From assembly GCA_040389905.1 (NCBI GenBank), contig JAZJZK010000007.1, forward strand, positions 415,492 to 479,491: a stretch of 64,000 nt of DNA, given 5' to 3'. The position numbers were made by a program, and so were the translations under genes. The notes under the pieces were generated by a model that saw only the letters and a program-made list of their open reading frames with translations, was not told the origin of the DNA and did not search any database. The DNA is from Gemmatimonadota bacterium (GTDB lineage Bacteria; Gemmatimonadota; Gemmatimonadetes; Gemmatimonadales; Gemmatimonadaceae). The first letter of the stretch is position 1. Every line of letters starts with the position of its first letter. Below, in pieces: positions 34,438 to 47,858 of the stretch.

Positions 34438-35916
34438 ATGATTCTCGTCTGGATGATCGCGTCGGTTTTTGTCGCACTGTTGTTTGCAGCAGGCGCTGCC
34501 ATCCTGACACGCGTGGGAATGTTGTATCGTGGAGTTCCGCTTCGCTTTCTGTGGGCTGGCGGCATCGTTGCCTCCGTTGCGGTTGCGGGCTGGATGGCGA
34601 TACCGCGTGCCACCCGATCAGCCGCTATGGAGCGCTCGCTGGATGCGGCGACCATGCCACCCGCAAGCCCGCACGAAGCGACACGCAGGCTGCCTGAGAA
34701 GGTCGCCCAGTTTCCGCGTCCTGAGAATATCGAGGTGCCCGAATTACCAGCGAATATCGAGCTCAGTTTGCTGGCGGTGTGGGCCGCTTCGTCGGTGGGA
34801 TTTATCGTTCTGCTGACACGATCTCTGCGCCGGTTGCGGCGAGATGCCCGCCTCTGGCGAGGCGCACAGGTCGCCGCGACTGACGTTCTGGTTTCAGAGG
34901 ATTTCGGTCCAGCGGTCGTCGGCATCTACAGGCCGGTGATCGTCGTTCCCGAGTGGGTCCTCGCTTCGAACGAGGTGGTGCAGCGCGCAATCGTTGTCCA
35001 CGAAACAGAGCACCGGCTATCCGGTGACCACGTGCTGTTGCTCACGGGAATTGCCGGCGTGGTGTTGATGCCATGGAATATCGGACTATGGCTGAGCTGG
35101 CGCGGCCTCCGGCACGCGACAGAGTTGGACTGCGATGCGCGCGTCGTTGCGAGGGGAACCGATGCCGGGACGTATGCCGGCATACTGCTGCATGCGTTGG
35201 AGAACTCACGAGGTGGGATGCGCCTGTCCGTCGCGTTCGCCAGACGCGCCTCTGGTCTCGGTGCGCGTGTTGAACATCTATTGCGGCGGGAGCCGCGGAG
35301 AAAGGCGATGAAAACCATGATCGGTATCGCGCTCGCGGTAGTGCTCTCGGTGGCCGCAACGGCCGCGCCTGCGATTCAGGAGCGCACTCACATGCGCCCG
35401 GCGGCGCACCACCCACTTGTCATTATCGACGGCGTGAAACACGCCGAGCTGGAAGGCCTCGGTTCACCAGGAGCGCCATCCCGCGATCAGATCCTGGAAA
35501 TGCAGATGCTCGAACCTCCCGTAGCCGAGGCTCGTTTTGGAGCAGCGGCGAAGTATGGCGTCGCGATTTTCTATACGAAAAAGTACGTCGCCGAGGGCGG
35601 GCAGAAGGCGGTGATTCCGGGCGCGAACCACGCGGCATTCAAGGACGAGCACGTGGGTGAGAGGAACAGCGCGATCATGAACGACTTGTTCAAGGGTATC
35701 GTGCTGAGTCAAGAAGCCATGTCCAAGGCTCGCACGCTGATCGGTCGCGAGCGCAATGCATCTGGCAGTTATTGGGGTCCTCTACCAGTCGCCAAGCGGA
35801 AGTCGCTCATACGTCACCGCGACGAACAGCTCAGGGCGCTCCTCCGTTCCGACGACGATCGACAGCGCTTCGACGATCAGGCCGCCGCGTGGAGCACGAA
35901 GGAACTCGCTCGCTGA
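34438..35916 (+). CDS. BlaR1/peptidase M56-family membrane protein
   Basis: TM segments, GPAVVG..RPVIVVP, HETEH zincin motif, PWN, ELDCDARV; C-terminal PLVIIDG plug-like segment. Confidence 0.88.
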   Translation: MILVWMIASVFVALLFAAGAAILTRVGMLYRGVPLRFLWAGGIVASVAVAGWMAIPRATRSAAMERSLDAATMPPASPHEATRRLPEKVAQFPRPENIEVPELPANIELSLLAVWAASSVGFIVLLTRSLRRLRRDARLWRGAQVAATDVLVSEDFGPAVVGIYRPVIVVPEWVLASNEVVQRAIVVHETEHRLSGDHVLLLTGIAGVVLMPWNIGLWLSWRGLRHATELDCDARVVARGTDAGTYAGILLHALENSRGGMRLSVAFARRASGLGARVEHLLRREPRRKAMKTMIGIALAVVLSVAATAAPAIQERTHMRPAAHHPLVIIDGVKHAELEGLGSPGAPSRDQILEMQMLEPPVAEARFGAAAKYGVAIFYTKKYVAEGGQKAVIPGANHAAFKDEHVGERNSAIMNDLFKGIVLSQEAMSKARTLIGRERNASGSYWGPLPVAKRKSLIRHRDEQLRALLRSDDDRQRFDDQAAAWSTKELAR

Positions 35917-35926
35917 GGCGTACGGC

Positions 35927-36015
35927 TGTCATCCTGAGGGAAGTCGAGGGATCTGTACTGCCGCCTGTATACGGCGTGCAGACTCTTCGACTCGCTTCGC
36001 TCGCTCAGGGTGACA
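35927..36015. repeat. Family-A palindromic repeat, complete two-arm hairpin between convergent genes
   Basis: TGTCATCCTGAGGGAAGTCGAGGGATCTGTAC ... GTGCAGACTCTTCGACTCGCTTCGCTCGCTCAGGGTGACA. Confidence 0.88.
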
Positions 36016-36098
36016 CTCGTGAAATAGGCAGTTTCAGGATGGCGACTAACCAACTTCGGAGAACGAAGTTCGATAGATACAGGTATTCGCGATCAACC

Positions 36099-38408
36099 TT
36101 ACGGTTTCGCCGGAACCGCCTTGCTCTTGACCGTATCTCCAAGAATCTGTGCGGCCGGCGACGGACTCGTTTCCGGCGCCGTCAACTGCATCTGCGAGAG
36201 GAGGTCGTCCAGCTTTACCCCCTTCGCCACATCGCGGGCCTGCGCCATCACTCGTGCCGCAGCGGACATGTCTCCAGTCGTTTGAAGCACCTCCGCGAGC
36301 ATCAATCCTGTCGCGACGTACAGATACGGGATGCCGACCGACGGGCGATCGACCCAATCGTGTCGTGATGCGAGCGACTTCTGGCCGGTGAACACCGTGT
36401 CCCACAAGGCGCGCGTCCGCTTGAGATCGATCCAGCCCGCACCGGGCATCATCAGCGTGTCCTTTCCCGGTACTGCGGGCGGCACGAAGACCTTCGTGGC
36501 CAGACCCTGCGTGAGCAGATAGTTGCCGATGCCAAGTTCCTGACCGTAGCCGGCCGATGTGCGGCTGAGATAAATCGGCCGCTCAGCGTACGAGTCCGCG
36601 ATCATGCGGAGCACGAAAATGTCCGCACGCTGCAACACCCCTTGAATGGACAAGCGCTGCGGGTCGATCGTGGCGGTGATGGGCCCCCCTTGGCCAAACA
36701 GCATCGGCCGATCGAGCTGGATGTACGGCGGCACAGAATCCGCCTGCGACGTGGTCATCTTGAGCGGCGAGCCCACCGGCTTCTTCCACGTGCCGTTTCT
36801 GTAGACGGCAGGACCAGCGGCCCGGTCGTACTCGTACACCGGCCGGCGGATCAGCTGTCTCGTGTACCAGTCGGTGTTCAGCAGCGATGTATTCGCCACG
36901 ACGACGTCCTGCCGAATGTGCTCGACCTCCTGCGCATACCAGAGCGGGAACGTGTCGTTGTCACCGACCGTCACGAGCACGCCGTACGGCTCGACGGAGT
37001 TGAGGAGGTCGCGCGCGAAGTCGACGGTATCGGTCTGGCCGGCGCGTGACGCCGTCGTCCAGTTGGTGAACAGCGGAATGAGGGCGAGCGCCAGGATCGG
37101 CGACGCCATCTTCAATGCGCTGTGCGTGGGTCGCTCGTACGTCTCGCGTCCCTCGGTCACCGTTTCCCGTGCAATCAGCGACGCGATGGAATCCCACACC
37201 GCGACGAGGCCGAGCGCTGCCCACACCCCCCACGCCGAGAAGCTCCAGAGATAGAAATAGTCTCGGTCGCGCACTTCGCGGTTGACCCCTGAAAGCTCAG
37301 GATCCTGCGACGCGCCGTACTTGAAGTTCAGGTAGTAGATGAGCACGAGCGTCATCGTGAACATCAGCGACCCGAAGTACCAGAAACTTCGTCGGTCTCG
37401 TTGATAGTGGACGTAGCCCCCCAGCAGTCCGAGCACCAGGAACATCGCCGCGAGGATGCTTTGCGCGAATGGGTGATCGTAATGCGCGTCACGGAGGAAC
37501 TGCCACTTGTAATAGAGCCACCACATGCCGAGCTGCGCCGAGAACGGCGCCTGACGTTCGGAGAGCTCCGGCTTTCCGTACTGGCCGCGGTTGAAGTTGT
37601 ACATGAAGGCGTCGTACGTCCCCGCACTGAACGTGCAGCTCACCTTCAGTCCTTCTCGGCACGCGGTGGGCTCACCCTCGTTGAGCGCGGGAAAGTGCGC
37701 AGCGCGGATGGGCTGGATCGCGAATGGCGTGATGCCGAAGAACAACGCGCCGGCGCACGCGAGGAGCAGCTTCCACCGGAGCACCGTGCGCCACCGAACA
37801 AGAATGACGGCCGCCGCGACGGCCGGGGACGCCAGCATGCCGGCCATGTGGTTGGCGTAACCAAGTCCGCAGAGGTACGCGACCAGCACCAGGATGCGAT
37901 CGGCCTTCCGTCCGTCCGGCTCGTCACACCAGCGAATCATCAACCACGAGATGACCGCGATGCCGAGAAGCGAGACGGTGTACACCTTCTCGTTGACGAC
38001 GCTCTGGTTCCACACCGTGAACGACGTCGCCCCGATGAGCGCGGCGAGCGACCCGCCCAGAATGCGCTGCCACCGCTCGGCGAACCAACTGACGAGAACG
38101 CGTTCGGTGATGAGGAACCACATGCCGGCTGAGACGGCGCTGCAGACGGCGGCCAGGATGTTGATTCGTTTGGCGACCGAGCCCGCGATGGGCAGGATCG
38201 CGAAGACCCGGCCGATCAGCACGAACAGCGGGTTTCCTGGTGGATGCGGCAACCCGAGTGTGTAGGCCGCCGTGATGTACTCGCTCGTATCCCACATCGC
38301 CGTGGAGGGGGCGAGTGTGATGAGGTACACCACGAAAACGATCGCTGTCACAATGGCCGCGGCCAGGTATGACGGGCGGTAGTCGAGATCTGACTGCGGA
38401 GAAGTCAC
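36099..38408 (-). CDS. DUF2723 (TMEM260-like, GT-C fold) membrane protein
   Basis: TLAP...WDTSEY, LGLPHPPGNP, EKVY, REVRDRDYFY, GDNDTFPLWYAQEVE and SLLNTDWY motifs. Confidence 0.88.
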   Translation of the reverse strand: MTSPQSDLDYRPSYLAAAIVTAIVFVVYLITLAPSTAMWDTSEYITAAYTLGLPHPPGNPLFVLIGRVFAILPIAGSVAKRINILAAVCSAVSAGMWFLITERVLVSWFAERWQRILGGSLAALIGATSFTVWNQSVVNEKVYTVSLLGIAVISWLMIRWCDEPDGRKADRILVLVAYLCGLGYANHMAGMLASPAVAAAVILVRWRTVLRWKLLLACAGALFFGITPFAIQPIRAAHFPALNEGEPTACREGLKVSCTFSAGTYDAFMYNFNRGQYGKPELSERQAPFSAQLGMWWLYYKWQFLRDAHYDHPFAQSILAAMFLVLGLLGGYVHYQRDRRSFWYFGSLMFTMTLVLIYYLNFKYGASQDPELSGVNREVRDRDYFYLWSFSAWGVWAALGLVAVWDSIASLIARETVTEGRETYERPTHSALKMASPILALALIPLFTNWTTASRAGQTDTVDFARDLLNSVEPYGVLVTVGDNDTFPLWYAQEVEHIRQDVVVANTSLLNTDWYTRQLIRRPVYEYDRAAGPAVYRNGTWKKPVGSPLKMTTSQADSVPPYIQLDRPMLFGQGGPITATIDPQRLSIQGVLQRADIFVLRMIADSYAERPIYLSRTSAGYGQELGIGNYLLTQGLATKVFVPPAVPGKDTLMMPGAGWIDLKRTRALWDTVFTGQKSLASRHDWVDRPSVGIPYLYVATGLMLAEVLQTTGDMSAAARVMAQARDVAKGVKLDDLLSQMQLTAPETSPSPAAQILGDTVKSKAVPAKP

Positions 38409-38484
38409 GGGGTTGGGCTGAAAGGGTACAGCTTGGAAAGATGGCGAGGATGCGGCAACAGGCGCTAGTCGTACCCGAGCTCGT

Positions 38485-40017
38485 CTAGTGCCTGAACAGG
38501 CGCACGCCCGTAAAGATCATCGCGATGTCGTGCTCGTCGGCGGCCGCGATGACGTCGGCGTCACGCACAGATCCGCCGGGCTGCACGATGGCGCGTACCC
38601 CTGCGCCGGCCGCCTGATCCACGCCATCCCGAAATGGAAAAAAGGCATCCGACCCAAGCGCCGAGCCCGCCGTTGCGTGCTCGGCGAGGCCGGCCTTGTG
38701 GACGGCGAGGAATGCGGCGTCGACGCGGGACATCTGGCCGGCTCCAATGCCGATCGTGGCGCCGTCGCGAGCCAGGACGATCGCGTTGGACTTGACGCTT
38801 GCAACCGCGCGCCACGCGAACAGGAGATCACGACGCTCCTCGGCGGTGGGTTGCCGCTTCGTGACAACGGACCACTTGGCGTCATCGATGACGGCGGGCG
38901 GGCGCTGCTGCACGAGCAACCCGCCGCGCACCCGCTTGTAGTCCAGTGCTTTCGAACTCCACGTCGCGCGCCCCTCGAGCACGCGGAGGTTCTTTTTCCG
39001 AAGGAGTACCTCGAGTGCTGCGGGAGCGTACGCCGGCGCGACGACGCATTCAACGAACAGGCTCGACACGGCGTTGGCGGCCGCTTCGTCCACGGGCGTA
39101 CTGAAGGAAATCACCGAACCGAACGCAGACACGGGGTCGCAGGCCAGCGCCTTCGTGTACGCGGAGAGCGGATCACTACCGGTCGCGAGCCCGCATGGCG
39201 TCGTGTGCTTGATGATCGCGCAGCAGGTCTCCTCGCCGAATGGCTCGATCGCGAGGAGAGCGCCCTCGAGATCCAGGAGGTTGTTGAACGAGAGCTCCTT
39301 CCCCCCGTGTTGCTTCAGCCCTGCGAGTCCGCCGCCCTTCCGTTCGACATAGAACGCTGCTGCCTGCCCGGGATTCTCCCCATACCGAAGATCCTGCGCC
39401 TTTTCGAGCGGCAAGCAGATGCGATCGGGAAAGGGATCGCTCCGCTGGCCGGCAAACCATGCGGCGATCGCGGAATCGTACGCCGCGGTGTGCTCGAACA
39501 CCTTCGCCGCAAGGCGGCGGCGTGCATCGATGTCGTCCCTGCCCGACGCGAGAAGGGCGAGCACCGGAGCATAGTCGGCAGGGTCCACGACGGTCGTCAC
39601 CGACGCGAAGTTCTTCGCCGCCGACCGGAGCATGCTCGGCCCGCCGATGTCGATCTGCTCGATGACGTCCTCCGGCGAGGCGTCTGCGCGAGACGCTGTT
39701 TGCTGGAACGGGTACAGGTTGACGACGACGAGATCGATCGGTTCGATCGCATGCTCGGCGATGGCCTGCATGTGCTCGGGAAGATCGCGTCGCGCGAGCA
39801 ACCCGCCATGCACCGCCGGATGTAGTGTCTTCACGCGCCCGTCGAGCATCTCGGGGAAGTTGGTCACGTCACTGACGTCCGTGACTGGAATGCTCGCCTC
39901 GCGGATGGCGCGTGCGGTGCCGCCGGTGGAGATCAATTCCCATCCGGTGGCGTGGAGGACTCGTGCGAAATCGATGAGACCGGTCTTATCCGAAACAGAA
40001 AGGAGGGCGCGGGGCAT
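38485..40017 (-). CDS. purH: Bifunctional AICAR transformylase/IMP cyclohydrolase
   Basis: [40 protein letters not shown] and SDAFFPF motifs. Confidence 0.97.
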   Translation of the reverse strand: MPRALLSVSDKTGLIDFARVLHATGWELISTGGTARAIREASIPVTDVSDVTNFPEMLDGRVKTLHPAVHGGLLARRDLPEHMQAIAEHAIEPIDLVVVNLYPFQQTASRADASPEDVIEQIDIGGPSMLRSAAKNFASVTTVVDPADYAPVLALLASGRDDIDARRRLAAKVFEHTAAYDSAIAAWFAGQRSDPFPDRICLPLEKAQDLRYGENPGQAAAFYVERKGGGLAGLKQHGGKELSFNNLLDLEGALLAIEPFGEETCCAIIKHTTPCGLATGSDPLSAYTKALACDPVSAFGSVISFSTPVDEAAANAVSSLFVECVVAPAYAPAALEVLLRKKNLRVLEGRATWSSKALDYKRVRGGLLVQQRPPAVIDDAKWSVVTKRQPTAEERRDLLFAWRAVASVKSNAIVLARDGATIGIGAGQMSRVDAAFLAVHKAGLAEHATAGSALGSDAFFPFRDGVDQAAGAGVRAIVQPGGSVRDADVIAAADEHDIAMIFTGVRLFRH

Positions 40018-40067
40018 TTCGTTGTGGTTTAGTAGTGTGTTGCCGGGCCAGTTGCGCTAACTCGCTT

Positions 40068-40258
40068 ACCGCAGAGGGCGCAGAGGAGCAGAGGTTCGCG
40101 GAGGAACTGCGTGAGGTGCAGACCCCTCGACTCGCTTCGCTCGCTCGGGGTGACATGCTGGATGCCGTTCCGCTCGTTTTGTCGCCATGAGCGAAGCGAA
40201 GGGCCTGCACCCGCCGTTGCAGTCCTCTGCGTTCCTCTGCTCCTCTGCGCCCTGCGGT
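40068..40258. repeat. Nested composite: GCAGAGG-array inverted repeat enclosing two family-A arms
   Basis: Outer ACCGCAGAGGGCGCAGAGGAGCAGAGG / CCTCTGCTCCTCTGCGCCCTGCGGT; inner arms at 40113-40155 and 40180-40211. Confidence 0.85.
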
Positions 40259-40271
40259 TCAAACGACGCAA

Positions 40272-40985
40272 TCATGTACCAACCTCTATGGCCAAATCGA
40301 GCGCACGCCCAAGTGAAGCATCGTCGAGAGCTGGATCGAAGACTGGAACGTCACCGTCGCGGAAGAATGGCGGCGTCACCACTCCATCGTCGCCAAGTCG
40401 CAAACGCCCTGACGCCACCGCCTGAATCACCCTCGGATACAAGAGATGCTCCGCCCGCAACACCCGCTCGGCAAGTGCATGATCATCGTCTCCAGCGAGC
40501 ACCGGCACCGGCCAATGCGCAATAGGGGCACCGTGATCGAACACCTCATCGACAAAGTGCACCGTTGGTCCGCTCCACGGCACGCCCGCTGCGAGTACCG
40601 CCTGATGCGCACGCGACCCGTACATGCCGGTTCCACCAAAGGCGGGCAGGGGAGCAGGGTGCACATTGACCATGCGCCCGACGAACCGGCGTGTCACATC
40701 GATCGGGATCAGCTTGAGATAGCCCGCGAGGACGATGAGGTCCACGGAGAAGCGCGTCAACACATCGTCGAGTTGCTCGCCGGCTCGCCCGGCACTGGTC
40801 GAGAGCACGGCCGTTGCGACGCCCGCGCCTTCCGCGCGTGCGAGCGCGCCCGCCGACCCACGATCCGAGGCGACGAGGACGACGTCTCCAGCGCGCGCTG
40901 GACCAAGCCGCGCCAGGTAGTCGAGCAGCGCCTGAAGATTCGAGCCGCCTCCACTCGCGAGAACGCCAATGCGGGCACGCGTCAT
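40272..40985 (-). CDS. purN: Phosphoribosylglycinamide formyltransferase
   Basis: LASGGGSNLQA, LAGYLK, NVHP, GPTVHFVDE..DHG and EH..YP motifs. Confidence 0.95.
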   Translation of the reverse strand: MTRARIGVLASGGGSNLQALLDYLARLGPARAGDVVLVASDRGSAGALARAEGAGVATAVLSTSAGRAGEQLDDVLTRFSVDLIVLAGYLKLIPIDVTRRFVGRMVNVHPAPLPAFGGTGMYGSRAHQAVLAAGVPWSGPTVHFVDEVFDHGAPIAHWPVPVLAGDDDHALAERVLRAEHLLYPRVIQAVASGRLRLGDDGVVTPPFFRDGDVPVFDPALDDASLGRALDLAIEVGT

Positions 40986-41545
40986 TTATGAGGGCCGACC
41001 AGCAGCGAGACGGCAGATTTCAGGCTGTCCACGATGGGACGATCGGCCGCCGACGCCAACGCGAGATCCGCCGCATCCGTCCGCGGCGAGCGCACCAGCG
41101 CGGCGTGACCACCAAACGCCGAAGCCGCCGCTATGTCACGTCCCCTGTCGCCGATGTACAAACAACGCGAGAGGTCGAGGTCGTGCACGGCAGCCGCCCG
41201 TTCGTAGAGGGCGGTCGCTGGCTTGCGGCACGCGCATGGCCCGGTGAACTCCGGATGGTGTGGACAGACGAAAGTGTCCAGCATCCTTACGCCTTCGGAG
41301 GCGAGCAATTCATCGAGGCGTCGCCGAACCGCGTGATACTGCGCGATCGTCACAAGCCCTCGTGCGATGCCGGATTGATTCGTGAACACGATTGGTGAAA
41401 AGCCGGCCATCGCGAGCGTTCGGAGCGCCTCGGCGGCGCCGTCCAGCAGAACGACATCGTCGGGATCGTTCGTGTAGTCCCGATCGTGGATGATGGTTCC
41501 GTCGCGATCGAGGAGCGCCGCGGCGCGGCTCCGGCGCTCACCCAC
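40982..41545 (-). CDS. HAD-IIIA phosphatase (GmhB/HisB-N-like)
   Basis: LDRDGTI, TNQSGIARG, CPHHP..CACRKP and IGD motifs; GTG start at 41545. Confidence 0.88.
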   Translation of the reverse strand: MGERRSRAAALLDRDGTIIHDRDYTNDPDDVVLLDGAAEALRTLAMAGFSPIVFTNQSGIARGLVTIAQYHAVRRRLDELLASEGVRMLDTFVCPHHPEFTGPCACRKPATALYERAAAVHDLDLSRCLYIGDRGRDIAAASAFGGHAALVRSPRTDAADLALASAADRPIVDSLKSAVSLLVGPHK

Positions 41546-42896
41546 GCGCCGTCGTGACCGCCGAGATGAGGCCGGCGACTTCGCCATCCGAGATCGCGCG
41601 GAAGTCGAGCAACAGCCGTCCGTCGTGCACGCGTCCGACAACCGCAGGTGCTCCACGACGCAGGCGCGCGGCGCATTCCTCGGCGTTGCCAGACAGCGAG
41701 ATGGCGATGCTCGGAAGTTGCGCGCGCGAGAACGCACCTGCACCCACGGTCGAAATGCTGTCCACGAGCGAGCACTCCACACCAGCGTCCAGCAGGGCAT
41801 TTGCCACACGGGTCGCGCGCTCGCGAAGTTCCTCGACAGGGGCGCCGAGCAGCGCGAGCGTGGGGATTTCGCGGAGCGCTCGCGCCGGCTCTCGATACAG
41901 CGCGAGCGTCGCCTCGAGCGCAGAGAGCGTGAGCTTGTCGACCCGAAATGATCGCGTGAGTGGATTGCGTCGCATGGCGTCGATCAACTGTCGCGCACCG
42001 AGTATGATGCCCGCCTGTGGCCCGCCGAGCAGCTTGTCGCCGCTCATCACCACGATTGCGGCGCCGGCAGCCAGCGCCTCGCGTGCCGTCGGCTCGCCAG
42101 TCAAGCCAATGGACGCGAGGGAAATAAGCAGGCCGCTGCCGAGATCATGAACTACCGGCAGGGCGCGCTGCCTCGCCAACGGAGCAAGATCCCGGACCGA
42201 CGCCTCGGCGACGAACCCCTCCACGGCGAAGTTGCTGCGGTGCACCTTGAGAATCGCACCGGTCGCGCGACTCATCGCCTTCATGTAGTCCGCGACGTGG
42301 GTGCGGTTGGTCGATCCGACTTCGCGGAGAAAGGCTCCGCTCTTCGCCATGATCTCGTGAATGCGAAAGCTTCCGCCGATCTCCACGAGCTCACCGCGCG
42401 AGATGATCGCTTCGCGGCCCTCGGCCAACGTGTTCAGCGAGAGGACCAGCGCCGCCGCGCAGTTGTTGACGACCAGCGCATCCTCGGCACCCGTGAGCTC
42501 TCGCAAGAGCGACGCGCAGTGCACGTAGCGAGAGCCGCGGGTTCCCTCGCCGAGATTGTACTCGAGATTGCTGTATCCGCGGGCGACGCGTGCGATCGCA
42601 TCCAGCGCGACGCGCGGAAGTGGTGCGCGACCGAGGTTCGTATGCAGCACGATGCCGGTTGCGTTGATCACACTGCGCAGCGACGGCTGGAGCACGAGTG
42701 CGACCCGCGCAGCAATTTCATCCACCCACGCACGATCGTCAGCCGGATGTTCGAGCGTTTCATCGCGATACCGCCCGATGATCTCGCGCACGGCCTCCAC
42801 GACGATTGTCCGTGGCGCGCGCTCGAGGAGCGCGCGCACGCCGGCGCTCTCGAGGAGCGCGTTGACGCTCGGGAGGGCGCGACGCGAATCGCTCAT
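41538..42896 (-). CDS. selA: L-seryl-tRNA(Sec) selenium transferase
   Basis: INATGIVLHTNLGRAPL, YSNLEY, VVNNCAAA, SRGELVEIGGSFR, VGSTNRT and SGDKLLGGPQAG (PLP Lys) motifs. Confidence 0.93.
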   Translation of the reverse strand: MSDSRRALPSVNALLESAGVRALLERAPRTIVVEAVREIIGRYRDETLEHPADDRAWVDEIAARVALVLQPSLRSVINATGIVLHTNLGRAPLPRVALDAIARVARGYSNLEYNLGEGTRGSRYVHCASLLRELTGAEDALVVNNCAAALVLSLNTLAEGREAIISRGELVEIGGSFRIHEIMAKSGAFLREVGSTNRTHVADYMKAMSRATGAILKVHRSNFAVEGFVAEASVRDLAPLARQRALPVVHDLGSGLLISLASIGLTGEPTAREALAAGAAIVVMSGDKLLGGPQAGIILGARQLIDAMRRNPLTRSFRVDKLTLSALEATLALYREPARALREIPTLALLGAPVEELRERATRVANALLDAGVECSLVDSISTVGAGAFSRAQLPSIAISLSGNAEECAARLRRGAPAVVGRVHDGRLLLDFRAISDGEVAGLISAVTTARG

Positions 42897-44103
42897 CGTC
42901 GCGGTGGCGCGGCGGGTCGAGGAGCGGGAGTGGCCGGCGGCTTCGCGGAGTCGGGCTTCGCGGGCGTTGGCGCCTTGGGTGTGGTGAATGTGCGATCGCT
43001 CGGCTGCTCGCGGCCGCTCAGTCCCTTGATGCCGCTCACACTCAAACGATACGGAGTATTTGGTGCGAGGGGCCGGGTGAGCTTAAGCACCACTGCCGTG
43101 AAGGGCGGCGCTCGGGACGGTTTTGGCGGCGGCGGTGGCGGCGCCTTCCCGCCAGGTGCGACTTGCGCCGGTGGCGTCGCAGGAGGCGCCGGTTTGCCGG
43201 CGAGCGAGTCGGCGCGGCGCGCCGAATCTGCCTTCGTCTTGGTGGCAATGCTGTCTTGAATCTTCACCTGCGCGGGCGACATCGCCCTGAGGAGCGGCAC
43301 GTCGGCACTGTCCGCGCTCTTGAGGCGAAAGAAACTCGATGCGATCGGTTGCGCGGGCTCGAGCGCTCGGTCGAACGTCACGTTCAGCGTCACCGAGTCC
43401 GTGATCGCGACGGTGAGGATTCGAGCGGGCAACGTGTCACGCACTGCCGTCAGCAATTCGGCGGGCGCCGCCTGGGGTACGGTGATACGTACGGTATCCG
43501 TTGCTTCGCTGCGGTCGGCGTTTCTGTTGCCGTTCTGGTCGATGGTTGCGCGAAGGAGATAACTGCCCGCCGGCAATGGGCCAACCACGAAGTGACCGAG
43601 CGAATCCGCCTGTGCCAGATAGATGATGCTGTCGGGCGTGACGGCCTCGATTAACGCACTCGGCGCGGGCCGCTCCGAGCCCCAATCGAACGCCGTACCG
43701 GTAATGCGCTCCTTCGGAATGGTGGGGCCGGTCGAGAAGACCAGAGTCGTACCCGTCTTCATCTTGTTCGACGAAAGATCGGACAGCCCCGGAAGCATTG
43801 TGATCACATAGGCCGTGTTGGGTCGGAACCCATGCCGCGGGCGAATGTCGATGCGTTTGCGGTGCCAGCTGACGTGCGGCGCTCCGTCCGACGGCGACAA
43901 CAGGAAGTACGCGTCGACCTCCTGCGCGCCGCTTCCACGATCGTTGATCGTCTCGTCGAAGTAAAAGCTCGCGTTTGCGGCTGTGACGTTGAGCGCGTTC
44001 GTGTCCGGTTCCGCCTTCACGAGCATTGGTGGCGCCTTATCCTCTGGGCCGCCTGGCGGCGGCGCCGCGGATGCGCACGCCGTGAGCGTGACCAGAAGTG
44101 CAA

Positions 44104-44119
<16 letters not shown>
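42893..44119 (-). CDS. Ig-like (Big_5-type) domain lipoprotein
   Basis: Lipobox LTAC, PPPGGPEDKAPP, FRPNTAY and FSTG motifs; Pro-rich tail; GTG start at 44119 overlaps the valS end. Confidence 0.8.
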
Positions 44120-46902
<2,783 letters not shown>

Positions 46903-46951
46903 GACCCGTGAAAGCTAATCCACGGGCCATGGGGCTTGAACTGCGCGCTGG

Positions 46952-47746
46952 TTACAGAGGATCAGCGACGTGATCGGCTTTCGGCACACCGCCGGGAGCG
47001 ATCGGCGAGCCGCCGGCACGATCTGCCTTCACCGCCTTCTTCTCGCGCACACGACGCTCCGCGATTCCACTGACGTCGTCGGCCGCTTCCATCAACTCCG
47101 CGTCGGCGCTGGACCAACGCTCCACCAATTCCGTCTTCGGGCTCGAATGACGATCGACATCGGCGGACGAGCCCTGCCGCGTGCGGCCGGTACCGACCGT
47201 CCGCCCTTCCCAATGCGCTTCCGTGTGTGCGTCATCGCCCTCCGCGAACAAGCGCGCGTGATCGGCGATGCGCTCTTCCTCGTCGCCCACCGCAATGCGG
47301 TTCACGACCGTGGAGACGCCTGGGACACCGCGCGCAATCGTGACGGCGTGCTCCGATTCCTCCTCCGTAGTGACCCACCCGGCGAGCTCGATCGTCGATT
47401 CGCCGATGCCGCCGATGTCGATGGCTCGCTCGCACAGAATGGGGTCGTTGCGAAATGCCTCGAGCACGCGCTCCTCGAGACCGGATTCGCCGCCCTGTTC
47501 CTCGATCTCGTCGTCTTCGTATTCGTCGTAGTCCGAGAAATCGTCGGCGACAGATGGCGCGGCCGCATCGGCGTCCTGCGTGCCGGCCTTCCGGCGGCGA
47601 ACCTTGTTCGCCAAGCCACTGAAGCCCCCCACCCGCTGGGCGACATACATCCCGACCGCGAAACCGGCGAGCGCGCCCAACAGAACGCTCGTGACCGTCC
47701 CCGCAACGTGGGACTCTTCCTCTTCTCGAAATCGCAAAAATGACAT
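46952..47746 (-). CDS. BON-domain protein with an N-terminal membrane anchor and acidic linker
   Basis: GALAGFAVG TM; LEERV..AF...IELAGWV...ARGVPGVSTVVNRI BON pattern; start at ATG 47746. Confidence 0.8.
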   Translation of the reverse strand: MSFLRFREEEESHVAGTVTSVLLGALAGFAVGMYVAQRVGGFSGLANKVRRRKAGTQDADAAAPSVADDFSDYDEYEDDEIEEQGGESGLEERVLEAFRNDPILCERAIDIGGIGESTIELAGWVTTEEESEHAVTIARGVPGVSTVVNRIAVGDEEERIADHARLFAEGDDAHTEAHWEGRTVGTGRTRQGSSADVDRHSSPKTELVERWSSADAELMEAADDVSGIAERRVREKKAVKADRAGGSPIAPGGVPKADHVADPL

Positions 47747-47858
47747 AGCGGAAAGCCTGTGGCGTAGGGTCTGCCGCAAGGATAGCTTGCAGAGGGATTT
47801 TCTGCGAACTTGGGTGCAAGAAGAAGGCCCGAATTTTTTCCCTTAACTTTTTCGGCCC

